The notes beneath the pieces were generated by a model. The model was given only the letters and a program-made list of their open reading frames with translations. It was not told where the DNA came from and made no database searches. The position numbers were made by a program, and so were the translations under genes. 64,000 nt of DNA from Balanoglossus misakiensis (taxonomy: Eukaryota; Animalia; Hemichordata). The stretch spans positions 3,564,902 through 3,628,901 of the forward strand of contig CM082585.2 in NCBI GenBank assembly GCA_040954595.2, given 5' to 3'. The number at the start of each line of letters is the position of its first letter. Positions within the stretch are counted from its first letter, which is position 1. Below are positions 25,056 to 37,900 of the stretch, in pieces.

Positions 25056-28000
25056 CATTAAGCAGGCGTGGTATATAACGCATAGGGATAGGAGAAGGGC
25101 GGGCGGAAAGCGGTCGTGTGTCTCAGCTACCCCGGCGAGACCTCGCACAAATCCCCGCCGAGTTAGAAAGGGAACTCGCGGTGTCGTTCATCAAGCAGGC
25201 GTGGTATATAACGCATAGGGATAGGAGAAGGGCGGGCGGAAAGCGGTCGTGTGTCTGAGCTTCTCCGGCGAGACCTCGCACAAATCCCCGACGAGTTAGA
25301 AAGGGAACTCGTGGTGTCGTTCATTAAACAGGCGTGGTATATAACGCATAGGGATAGGAGAAGGGCGGGCGGAAAGCGGTCGTGTGTCTGAGCTTCCCCG
25401 GCGAGACCTCGCACAAATTCCCGACGAGTTAGAAAGGGAACTCGAGGTGTCGTTCATTAAGCAGGCGTGGTATATAACGCATATGGATAGGAGAATGGCG
25501 GAAAGCGGTCGTGTGTCTGAGCTTCCCCGGCGAGACCTCGCACAAATCCCCGACAAGTTAGAAAGGGAACTCGCAGTGTCGTTCATTAAGCAGGCGTGGA
25601 ATATAACGCATAGGGATAGGAGAAGGGCGGGCGGAAACGGTCGTGTGTCTGAGCTTCTCCGGCGAGACCTCGCACAAATCCCCGCCGAGTTAGAAAGGGA
25701 ACTCGCGGTGTCGTTCATTAATCAGGCGTGGTATATAACGCATAGGGATAGGAGAAGGGCGGGCGGAAAGCGGTCGTGTGTCTGAGCTTCTCCGGCGAGA
25801 CCTCGCACAAATCCCCGGCCAGTTAGAAAGGGAACTCGCAGTGTCGTTCATTAAGCAGGCGTGGTATATAACGCATAGGGATAGGAGAAGGGCGGGCGGA
25901 AAGCCGTCGTGTGTCTGAGCTTCTCCGGCGAGACCTCGCACAAATCCCCGGCGAGTTAGAAAGGGAACTCGCAGTGTCGTTCATTAAGCAGGCGTGGTAT
26001 ATAACGCATAGGGATAGGAGAAGGGCGGGCGGAAAGCGGTCGTGTGTCTGAGCTTCTCCGGCGAGACCTCGCACAAATCCCCGACGAGTTAGAAAGGGAA
26101 CTCGTGGTGTCGTTCATTAAACAGGCGTGGTATATAACGCATAGCATATAGGGATAGGAGAAGGGCGGGCGGAAAGCGGTCGTGTGTCTGAGCTTCCCCG
26201 GCGAGACCTCGCACAAATCCCCGACGAGTTAGAAAGGGAACTCGCTGTGTCGTTCATTAAGCAGGCGTGGTATATAACGCATAGGGATAGGAGAATGGCG
26301 GAAAGCGGTCGTGTGTCTGAGCTTCCCCGGCGAGACCTCGCACAAATCCCCGACAAGTTAGAAAGGGAACTCGTGGTGTCGTTCATTAAACAGGCGTGGT
26401 ATATAACGCTTAGGGATAGGAGAAGGGCGGGCGGAAAGCGGTCGTGTGTCTGAGCTTCCCCGGCGAGACCACGCACAAATCCCCGCCGAGTTAGAAAGGG
26501 AACTCGTGGTGTCTTCATTAAGCAGGCGTGGTATATAACGCATAGGGATATGAGAAGGGCGGGCGGAAAGCGGTCGTGTGTCTGAGCTTCTCCGGCGAGA
26601 CCTCGCACAAATCCCCGCCGAGTTAGAAAGGGAACTCGCGGTGTCGTTCATTAAGCAGGCGTGGTATATAACGCATAGGGATAGGAGAAGGGCGGGCGGA
26701 AAGCGGTCGTGTGTCTGAGCTACCCCGGCGAGACCTCGCACAAATCCCCGCCGAGTTAGAAAGGGAACTCGCGGTGTCGTTCATCAAGCAGGCGTGGTAT
26801 ATAACGCATAGGGATAGGAGAAGGGCGGGCGGAAAGCGGTCGTGTGTCTGAGCTTCTCCGGCGAGACCTCGCACAAATCCCCGACGAGTTAGAAAGGGAA
26901 CTCGTGGTGTCGTTCATTAAACAGGCGTGGTATATAACGCATAGCATATAGGGATAGGAGAAGGGCGGGCGGAAAGCGGTCGTGTGTCTGAGCTTCCCCG
27001 GCGAGACCTCGCACAAATCCCCGACGAGTTAGAAAGGGAACTCGCTGTGTCGTTCATTAAGCAGGCGTGGTATATAACGCATAGGGATAGGAGAATGGCG
27101 GAAAGCGGTCGTGTGTCTGAGCTTCCCCGGCGAGACCTCGCACAAATCCCCGACAAGTTAGAAAGGGAATTCGTGGTGTCGTTCATTAAACAGGCGTGGT
27201 ATATAACGCTTAGGGATAGGAGAAGGGCGGGCGGAAAGCGGTCGTGTGTCTGAGCTTCTCCGGCGAGACCTCGCACAAATCCCCGACGAGTTAGAAAGGG
27301 AACTCGTGGTGTCATTCATTAAACAGGCGTGTTATATAACGCATAGGGATAGGAGAAGGGCGGGCGGAAAGCGGTCGTGTGTCTGAGCTACCCCGGCGAG
27401 ACCTCGCACAAATCACGCCGAGTTAGAAAGGGAACTCGTGGTGTCTTTCATTAAACAGGCGTGGTATATAACGCATAGGGATAGGAGAAGGGCGGGCGGA
27501 AAGCGGTCGTGTGTCTGAGCTTCTCCGGCGAGACCTCGCACAAATCCCCACCGAGTTAGAAAGGGAACTCGCGGTGTCGTTCATTAAGCAGGCGTGGTAT
27601 ATAACGCATAGGGATAGGAGAAGGGCGGGCGGAAAGCGGTCGTGTGTCTGAGCTACCCCGGCGAGACCTCGCACAAATCCCCGCCGAGTTAGAAAGGGAA
27701 CTCGCGGTGTCGTTCATCAAGCAGGCGTGGTATATAACGCATAGGGATAGGAGAAGGGCGGGCGGAAAGCGGTCGTGTGTCTGAGCTTCTCCGGCGAGAC
27801 CTCGCACAAATCCCCGGCGAGTTAGAAAGGGAACTCGCGGTGTCGTTCATTAAGCAGGCGTGGTATATAACGCATAGGGATAGGAGAAGGGCGGGCGGAA
27901 AGCGGTCGTGTGTCTGAGCTACCCCGGCGAGACCTCGCACAAATCCCCGCCGAGTTAGAAAGGGAACTCGCGGTGTCGTTCATCAAGCAGGCGTGGTATA

Positions 28001-28619
28001 TAACGCATAGGGATAGGAGAAGGGCGGGCGGAAAGCGGTCGTGTGTCTGAGCTTCTCCGGCGAGACCTCGCACAAATCCCCGGCGAGTTAGAAAGGGAAC
28101 TCGCGGTGTCGTTCATTAAGCAGGCGTGGTATATAACGCATAGGGATAGGAGAAGGGCGGGCGGAAAGCGGTCGTGTGTCTGAGCTTCTCCGGCGAGACC
28201 TCGCACAAATCCCCGACGAGTTAGAAAGGGAACTCGTGGTGTCGTTCATTAAACAGGCGTGGTATATAACGCATAGGGATAGGAGAAGGGCGGGCGGAAA
28301 GCGGTCGTGTGTCTGAGCTTCTCCGGCGAGACCTCGCACAAATCCCCGCCGAGTTAGAAAGGGAACTCGCGGTGTCGTTCATTAAGCAGGCGTGGTATAT
28401 AACGCATAGGGATAGGAGAAGGGCGGGCGGAAAGCGGTCGTGTGTCTGAGCTACCCCGGCGAGACCTCGCACAAATCCCCGCCGAGTTAGAAAGGGAACT
28501 CACGGTGTCGTTCATCAAGCAGGCGTGGTATATAACGCATAGGGATAGGAGAAGGACGGGCGGAAAGCGGTCGTGTGTCTGAGCTTCTCCGGCGAGACCT
28601 CGCACAAATCCCCGCCGAG

Positions 28620-31000
28620 TTAGAAAGGGAACTCGCGGTGTCGTTCATTAAGCAGGCGTGGTATATAACGCATAGGGATAGGAGAAGGGCGGGCGGAAAG
28701 CGGTCGTGTGTCTGAGCTACCCCGGCGAGACCTCGCACAAATCCCCGCCGAGTTAGAAAGGGAACTCGCGGTGTCGTTCATCAAGCAGGCGTGGTATATA
28801 ACGCATAGGGATAGGAGAAGGGCGGGCGGAAAGCGGTCGTGTGTCTGAGCTTCTCCGGCGAAACCTCGCACAAATCCCCGACGAGTTAGAAAGGGAACTC
28901 GTGGTGTCGTTCATTAAACAGGCGTGGTATATAACGCATAGGGATAGGAGAAGGGCGGGCGGAAAGCGGTCGTGTGTCTGAGCTTCCCCGGCGAGACCTC
29001 GCACAAATCCCCGACGAGTTAGAAAGGGAACTCGAGGTGTCGTTCATTAAGCAGGCGTGGTATATAACGCATATGGATAGGAGAATGGCGGAAAGCGGTC
29101 GTGTGTCTGAGCTTCCTCGGCGAGACCTCGCACAAATCCCGGACAAGTTAGAAAGGGAACTCGCAGTGTCGTTCATTAAGCAGGCGTGGAATATAACGCA
29201 TAGGGATAGGAGAAGGGCGGGCGGAAACGGTCGTGTGTCTGAGCTTCTCCGGCGAGACCTCGCACAAATCCCCGCCGAGTTAGAAAGGGAACTCGCGGTG
29301 TCGTTCATTAATCAGGCGTGGTATATAACGCATAGGGATAGGAGAAGGGCGGGCGGAAAGCGGTCATGTGTCTGAGCTTCTCCGGCGAGACCTCGCACAA
29401 ATCCCCGACGAGTTAGAAAGGGAACTCGTGGTGTCGTTCATTAAACAGGCGTGGTATATAACGCATAGGGATAGGAGAAGGCCGGGCGGAAAGCGGTCGT
29501 GTGTCTGAGCTTCCCCGGCGAGACCTCGCACAAATCCCCGACGAGTTAGAAAGGGAACTCGTGGTGTCGTTCATTAAACAGGCGTGGTATATAACGCATA
29601 GGGATAGGAGAAGGGCGGGCGGAAAGCGGTCGTGTGTCTGAGCTACCCCGGCGAGACCTCGCACAAATCACGCCGAGTTAGAAAGGGAACTCGTGGTGTC
29701 GTTCATTAAACAGGCGTGGTATATAACGCATAGGGATAGGAGAAGGGCGGGCGGATAGCCGTCGTGTGCCTGAGCTTCCCCGGCGAGACCACGCACAAAT
29801 CCCCGCCGAGTTAGAAAGGGAACTCGCGGTGTCGTTCATTAAGCAGGCGTGGTATATAACGCATAGGGATAGGAGAAGGGCGGGCGGAAAGCGGTCGTGT
29901 GTCTGAGCTACCCCGGCGAGACCTCGCACAAATCCCCGCCGAGTTAGAAAGGGAACTCGCGGTGTCGTTCATCAAGCAGGCGTGGTATATAACGCATAGG
30001 GATAGGAGAAGGGCGGGCGGAAAGCGGTCGTGTGTCTGAGCTTCTCCGGCGAAACCTCGCACAAATCCCCGACGAGTTAGAAAGGGAACTCGTGGTGTCG
30101 TTCATTAAACAGGCGTGGTATATAACGCATAGGGATAGGAGAAGGGCGGGCGGAAAGCGGTCGTGTGTCTGAGCTTCCCCGGCGAGACCTCGCACAAATC
30201 CCCGACGAGTTAGAAAGGGAACTCGAGGTGTCGTTCATTAAGCAGGCGTGGTATATAACGCATATGGATAGGAGAATGGCGGAAAGCGGTCGTGTGTCTG
30301 AGCTTCCTCGGCGAGACCTCGCACAAATCCCCGACAAGTTAGAAAGGGAACTCGCAGTGTCGTTCATTAAGCAGGCGTGGAATATAACGCATAGGGATAG
30401 GAGAAGGGCGGGCGGAAACGGTCGTGTGTCTGAGCTTCTCCGGCGAGACCTCGCACAAATCCCCGCCGAGTTAGAAAGGGAACTCGCGGTGTCGTTCATT
30501 AATCAGGCGTGGTATATAACGCATAGGGATAGGAGAAGGGCGGGCGGAAAGCGGTCATGTGTCTGAGCTTCTCCGGCGAGACCTCGCACAAATCCCCGAC
30601 GAGTTAGAAAGGGAACTCGTGGTGTCGTTCATTAAACAGGCGTGGTATATAACGCATAGGGATAGGAGAAGGCCGGGCGGAAAGCGGTCGTGTGTCTGAG
30701 CTTCCCCGGCGAGACCTCGCACAAATCCCCGACGAGTTAGAAAGGGAACTCGTGGTGTCGTTCATTAAACAGGCGTGGTATATAACGCATAGGGATAGGA
30801 GAAGGGCGGGCGGAAAGCGGTCGTGTGTCTGAGCTACCCCGGCGAGACCTCGCACAAATCACGCCGAGTTAGAAAGGGAACTCGTGGTGTCGTTCATTAA
30901 ACAGGCGTGGTATATAACGCATAGGGATAGGAGAAGGGCGGGCGGATAGCCGTCGTGTGCCTGAGCTTCCCCGGCGAGACCACGCACAAATCCCCGCCGA
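28620..31000 (+). repeat. Tandem duplication, 1191 bp (9 monomers including deletion variants)
   Basis: Matching monomers at 28620/29811, 28886/30077, 29413/30604 and 29678/30869. Confidence 0.85.
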
Positions 31001-31526
31001 GTTAGAAAGGGAACTCTCAGTGTCGTTCATTAAGCGGGCGTGGTATATAACGCATAGGGATAGGAGAAGGGCGGGCGGAAAGTGGTCGTGTGTCTGAGCT
31101 TCTCCGGCGAGACCTCGCACAAATCCCCGACGAGTTAGAAAGAGAACTCGCAGTGTCGTTCATTAAGCAGGCGTGGTATATAACGAATAGGGATAGGAGA
31201 AGGGCGGGCGAAAAGCGGTCGTGTGTCTGAGCTTCTCCGGCGAGACCTCGCACAAATCCCCGGCGAGTTAGAAAGGGAACTCGCGGTGTCGTTCATTAAA
31301 CAGGCGTGGTATATAACGCATAGCATATAGGGATAGGAGAAGGGCGGGCGGAAAGCGGTCGTGTGTCTGAGCTTCCCCGGCGAGACCTCGCACAAATCCC
31401 CGACGAGTTAGAAAGGGAACTCGCTGTGTCGTTCATTAAGCAGGCGTGGTATATAACGCATAGGGATAGGAGAATGGCGGAAAGCGGTCGTGTGTCTGAG
31501 CTTCCCCGGCGAGACCTCGCACAAAT

Positions 31527-31960
31527 GAACGACACCGCGAGTTCCCTTTCTAACTCGGCGGGGATTTGTGCGAGGTCTCGCCGGAGAAGCTCAGACACAC
31601 GACCGCTTTCCGCCCGCCCTTCTCCTATCCCTATGCGTTATATACCACGCCTGTTTAATGAAAGACACCACGAGTTCCCTTTCTAACTCGGCGTGATTTG
31701 TGCGAGGTCTCGCCGGGGTAGCTCAGACACACGACCGCTTTCCGCCCGCCCTTCTCCTATCCCTATGCGTTATATACCACGCCTGTTTAATGAACGACAC
31801 CACGAGTTCCCTTTCTAACTCGTCGGGGATTTGTGCGAGGTCTCGCCGGAGAAGCTCAGACACACGACCGCTTTCCGCCCGCCCTTCTCCTATCCCTAAG
31901 CGTTATATACCACGCCTGTTTAATGAACGACACCACGAGTTCCCTTTCTAACTTGTCGGG
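31527..31960 (-). repeat. Inverted satellite segment, copy 3
   Basis: Same junctions and variants; 6905 bp after copy 2. Confidence 0.98.
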
Positions 31961-34593
31961 CATTAAGCAGGCGTGGTATATAACGCATAGGGATAGGAGA
32001 AGGGCGGGCGGAAAGCGGTCGTGTGTCTCAGCTACCCCGGCGAGACCTCGCACAAATCCCCGCCGAGTTAGAAAGGGAACTCGCGGTGTCGTTCATCAAG
32101 CAGGCGTGGTATATAACGCATAGGGATAGGAGAAGGGCGGGCGGAAAGCGGTCGTGTGTCTGAGCTTCTCCTGCGAGACCTCGCACAAATCCCCGACGAG
32201 TTAGAAAGGGAACTCGTGGTGTCGTTCATTAAACAGGCGTGGTATATAACGCATAGGGATAGGAGAAGGGCGGGCGGAAAGCGGTCGTGTGTCTGAGCTT
32301 CCCCGGCGAGACCTCGCACAAATTCCCGACGAGTTAGAAAGGGAACTCGAGGTGTCGTTCATTAAGCAGGCGTGGTATATAACGCATATGGATAGGAGAA
32401 TGGCGGAAAGCGGTCGTGTGTCTGAGCTTCCCCGGCGAGACCTCGCACAAATCCCCGACAAGTTAGAAAGGGAACTCGCAGTGTCGTTCATTAAGCAGGC
32501 GTGGAATATAACGCATAGGGATAGGAGAAGGGCGGGCGGAAACGGTCGTGTGTCTGAGCTTCTCCGGCGAGACCTCGCACAAATCCCCGCCGAGTTAGAA
32601 AGGGAACTCGCGGTGTCGTTCATTAATCAGGCGTGGTATATAACGCATAGGGATAGGAGAAGGGCGGGCGGAAAGCGGTCGTGTGTCTGAGCTTCTCCGG
32701 CGAGACCTCGCACAAATCCCCGGCCAGTTAGAAAGGGAACTCGCAGTGTCGTTCATTAAGCAGGCGTGGTATATAACGCATAGGGATAGGAGAAGGGCGG
32801 GCGGAAAGCCGTCGTGTGTCTGAGCTTCTCCGGCGAGACCTCGCACAAATCCCCGGCGAGTTAGAAAGGGAACTCGCAGTGTCGTTCATTAAGCAGGCGT
32901 GGTATATAACGCATAGGGATAGGAGAAGGGCGGGCGGAAAGCGGTCGTGTGTCTGAGCTTCTCCGGCGAGACCTCGCACAAATCCCCGACGAGTTAGAAA
33001 GGGAACTCGTGGTGTCGTTCATTAAACAGGCGTGGTATATAACGCATAGCATATAGGGATAGGAGAAGGGCGGGCGGAAAGCGGTCGTGTGTCTGAGCTT
33101 CCCCGGCGAGACCTCGCACAAATCCCCGACGAGTTAGAAAGGGAACTCGCTGTGTCGTTCATTAAGCAGGCGTGGTATATAACGCATAGGGATAGGAGAA
33201 TGGCGGAAAGCGGTCGTGTGTCTGAGCTTCCCCGGCGAGACCTCGCACAAATCCCCGACAAGTTAGAAAGGGAACTCGTGGTGTCGTTCATTAAACAGGC
33301 GTGGTATATAACGCTTAGGGATAGGAGAAGGGCGGGCGGAAAGCGGTCGTGTGTCTGAGCTTCCCCGGCGAGACCACGCACAAATCCCCGCCGAGTTAGA
33401 AAGGGAACTCGTGGTGTCTTCATTAAGCAGGCGTGGTATATAACGCATAGGGATATGAGAAGGGCGGGCGGAAAGCGGTCGTGTGTCTGAGCTTCTCCGG
33501 CGAGACCTCGCACAAATCCCCGCCGAGTTAGAAAGGGAACTCGCGGTGTCGTTCATTAAGCAGGCGTGGTATATAACGCATAGGGATAGGAGAAGGGCGG
33601 GCGGAAAGCGGTCGTGTGTCTGAGCTACCCCGGCGAGACCTCGCACAAATCCCCGCCGAGTTAGAAAGGGAACTCGCGGTGTCGTTCATCAAGCAGGCGT
33701 GGTATATAACGCATAGGGATAGGAGAAGGGCGGGCGGAAAGCGGTCGTGTGTCTGAGCTTCTCCGGCGAGACCTCGCACAAATCCCCGACGAGTTAGAAA
33801 GGGAACTCGTGGTGTCGTTCATTAAACAGGCGTGGTATATAACGCATAGCATATAGGGATAGGAGAAGGGCGGGCGGAAAGCGGTCGTGTGTCTGAGCTT
33901 CCCCGGCGAGACCTCGCACAAATCCCCGACGAGTTAGAAAGGGAACTCGCTGTGTCGTTCATTAAGCAGGCGTGGTATATAACGCATAGGGATAGGAGAA
34001 TGGCGGAAAGCGGTCGTGTGTCTGAGCTTCCCCGGCGAGACCTCGCACAAATCCCCGACAAGTTAGAAAGGGAATTCGTGGTGTCGTTCATTAAACAGGC
34101 GTGGTATATAACGCTTAGGGATAGGAGAAGGGCGGGCGGAAAGCGGTCGTGTGTCTGAGCTTCTCCGGCGAGACCTCGCACAAATCCCCGACGAGTTAGA
34201 AAGGGAACTCGTGGTGTCATTCATTAAACAGGCGTGGTATATAACGCATAGGGATAGGAGAAGGGCGGGCGGAAAGCGGTCGTGTGTCTGAGCTACCCCG
34301 GCGAGACCTCGCACAAATCACGCCGAGTTAGAAAGGGAACTCGTGGTGTCTTTCATTAAACAGGCGTGGTATATAACGCATAGGGATAGGAGAAGGGCGG
34401 GCGGAAAGCGGTCGTGTGTCTGAGCTTCTCCGGCGAGACCTCGCACAAATCCCCGCCGAGTTAGAAAGGGAACTCGCGGTGTCGTTCATTAAGCAGGCGT
34501 GGTATATAACGCATAGGGATAGGAGAAGGGCGGGCGGAAAGCGGTCGTGTGTCTGAGCTACCCCGGCGAGACCTCGCACAAATCCCCGCCGAG

Positions 34594-37500
34594 TTAGAAA
34601 GGGAACTCGCGGTGTCGTTCATCAAGCAGGCGTGGTATATAACGCATAGGGATAGGAGAAGGGCGGGCGGAAAGCGGTCGTGTGTCTGAGCTTCTCCGGC
34701 GAGACCTCGCACAAATCCCCGGCGAGTTAGAAAGGGAACTCGCGGTGTCGTTCATTAAGCAGGCGTGGTATATAACGCATAGGGATAGGAGAAGGGCGGG
34801 CGGAAAGCGGTCGTGTGTCTGAGCTACCCCGGCGAGACCTCGCACAAATCCCCGCCGAGTTAGAAAGGGAACTCGCGGTGTCGTTCATCAAGCAGGCGTG
34901 GTATATAACGCATAGGGATAGGAGAAGGGCGGGCGGAAAGCGGTCGTGTGTCTGAGCTTCTCCGGCGAGACCTCGCACAAATCCCCGGCGAGTTAGAAAG
35001 GGAACTCGCGGTGTCGTTCATTAAGCAGGCGTGGTATATAACGCATAGGGATAGGAGAAGGGCGGGCGGAAAGCGGTCGTGTGTCTGAGCTTCTCCGGCG
35101 AGACCTCGCACAAATCCCCGACGAGTTAGAAAGGGAACTCGTGGTGTCGTTCATTAAACAGGCGTGGTATATAACGCATAGGGATAGGAGAAGGGCGGGC
35201 GGAAAGCGGTCGTGTGTCTGAGCTTCTCCGGCGAGACCTCGCACAAATCCCCGCCGAGTTAGAAAGGGAACTCGCGGTGTCGTTCATTAAGCAGGCGTGG
35301 TATATAACGCATAGGGATAGGAGAAGGGCGGGCGGAAAGCGGTCGTGTGTCTGAGCTACCCCGGCGAGACCTCGCACAAATCCCCGCCGAGTTAGAAAGG
35401 GAACTCACGGTGTCGTTCATCAAGCAGGCGTGGTATATAACGCATAGGGATAGGAGAAGGACGGGCGGAAAGCGGTCGTGTGTCTGAGCTTCTCCGGCGA
35501 GACCTCGCACAAATCCCCGCCGAGTTAGAAAGGGAACTCGCGGTGTCGTTCATTAAGCAGGCGTGGTATATAACGCATAGGGATAGGAGAAGGGCGGGCG
35601 GAAAGCGGTCGTGTGTCTGAGCTACCCCGGCGAGACCTCGCACAAATCCCCGCCGAGTTAGAAAGGGAACTCGCGGTGTCGTTCATCAAGCAGGCGTGGT
35701 ATATAACGCATAGGGATAGGAGAAGGGCGGGCGGAAAGCGGTCGTGTGTCTGAGCTTCTCCGGCGAAACCTCGCACAAATCCCCGACGAGTTAGAAAGGG
35801 AACTCGTGGTGTCGTTCATTAAACAGGCGTGGTATATAACGCATAGGGATAGGAGAAGGGCGGGCGGAAAGCGGTCGTGTGTCTGAGCTTCCCCGGCGAG
35901 ACCTCGCACAAATCCCCGACGAGTTAGAAAGGGAACTCGAGGTGTCGTTCATTAAGCAGGCGTGGTATATAACGCATATGGATAGGAGAATGGCGGAAAG
36001 CGGTCGTGTGTCTGAGCTTCCTCGGCGAGACCTCGCACAAATCCCCGACAAGTTAGAAAGGGAACTCGCAGTGTCGTTCATTAAGCAGGCGTGGTATATA
36101 ACGCATAGGGATAGGAGAAGGGCGGGCGGAAAGCGGTCGTGTGTCTGACCTACCCCGGCGAGACCTCGCACAAATCCCCGCCGAGTTAGAAAGGGAACTC
36201 GCGGTGTCGTTCATCAAGCAGGCGTGGTATATAACGCATAGGGATAGGAGAAGGGCGGGCGGAAAGCGGTCGTGTGTCTGAGCTTCTCCGGCGAGACCTC
36301 GCACAAATCCCCGGCGAGTTAGAAAGGGAACTCGCGGTGTCGTTCATTAAGCAGGCGTGGTATATAACGCATAGGGATAGGAGAAGGGCGGGCGGAAAGC
36401 GGTCGTGTGTCTGAGCTACCCCGGCGAGACCTCGCACAAATCCCCGCCGAGTTAGAAAGGGAACTCGCGGTGTCGTTCATCAAGCAGGCGTGGTATATAA
36501 CGCATAGGGATAGGAGAAGGGCGGGCGGAAAGCGGTCGTGTGTCTGAGCTTCTCCGGCGAGACCTCGCACAAATCCCCGGCGAGTTAGAAAGGGAACTCG
36601 CGGTGTCGTTCATTAAGCAGGCGTGGTATATAACGCATAGGGATAGGAGAAGGGCGGGCGGAAAGCGGTCGTGTGTCTGAGCTTCTCCGGCGAGACCTCG
36701 CACAAATCCCCGACGAGTTAGAAAGGGAACTCGTGGTGTCGTTCATTAAACAGGCGTGGTATATAACGCATAGGGATAGGAGAAGGGCGGGCGGAAAGCG
36801 GTCGTGTGTCTGAGCTTCTCCGGCGAGACCTCGCACAAATCCCCGCCGAGTTAGAAAGGGAACTCGCGGTGTCGTTCATTAAGCAGGCGTGGTATATAAC
36901 GCATAGGGATAGGAGAAGGGCGGGCGGAAAGCGGTCGTGTGTCTGAGCTACCCCGGCGAGACCTCGCACAAATCCCCGCCGAGTTAGAAAGGGAACTCAC
37001 GGTGTCGTTCATCAAGCAGGCGTGGTATATAACGCATAGGGATAGGAGAAGGACGGGCGGAAAGCGGTCGTGTGTCTGAGCTTCTCCGGCGAGACCTCGC
37101 ACAAATCCCCGCCGAGTTAGAAAGGGAACTCGCGGTGTCGTTCATTAAGCAGGCGTGGTATATAACGCATAGGGATAGGAGAAGGGCGGGCGGAAAGCGG
37201 TCGTGTGTCTGAGCTACCCCGGCGAGACCTCGCACAAATCCCCGCCGAGTTAGAAAGGGAACTCGCGGTGTCGTTCATCAAGCAGGCGTGGTATATAACG
37301 CATAGGGATAGGAGAAGGGCGGGCGGAAAGCGGTCGTGTGTCTGAGCTTCTCCGGCGAAACCTCGCACAAATCCCCGACGAGTTAGAAAGGGAACTCGTG
37401 GTGTCGTTCATTAAACAGGCGTGGTATATAACGCATAGGGATAGGAGAAGGGCGGGCGGAAAGCGGTCGTGTGTCTGAGCTTCCCCGGCGAGACCTCGCA

Positions 37501-37900
37501 CAAATCCCCGACGAGTTAGAAAGGGAACTCGAGGTGTCGTTCATTAAGCAGGCGTGGTATATAACGCATATGGATAGGAGAATGGCGGAAAGCGGTCGTG
37601 TGTCTGAGCTTCCTCGGCGAGACCTCGCACAAATCCCCGACAAGTTAGAAAGGGAACTCGCAGTGTCGTTCATTAAGCAGGCGTGGTATATAACGCATAG
37701 GGATAGGAGAAGGGCGGGCGGAAAGCGGTCGTGTGTCTGACCTACCCCGGCGAGACCTCGCACAAATCCCCGCCGAGTTAGAAAGGGAACTCGCGGTGTC
37801 GTTCATCAAGCAGGCGTGGTATATAACGCATAGGGATAGGAGAAGGGCGGGCGGAAAGCGGTCGTGTGTCTGAGCTTCTCCGGCGAGACCTCGCACAAAT
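34594..37900 (+). repeat. Tandem duplication, 1592 bp (12 monomers)
   Basis: Matching monomers at 35259/36851, 35525/37117, 35791/37383 and 36053/37645. Markers are CTCACGG, GGCGAAACC and CTGACCTAC. Confidence 0.88.

Larger units (their letters stand above)
23699..36060 (+). repeat. 6905-bp-period segmental duplication containing inversion copies 2 and 3
   Basis: Matching variant monomers at 23699/30604, 24458/31363, 26117/33022, 27423/34328 and 28886/35791. Ends are approximate. Confidence 0.88.
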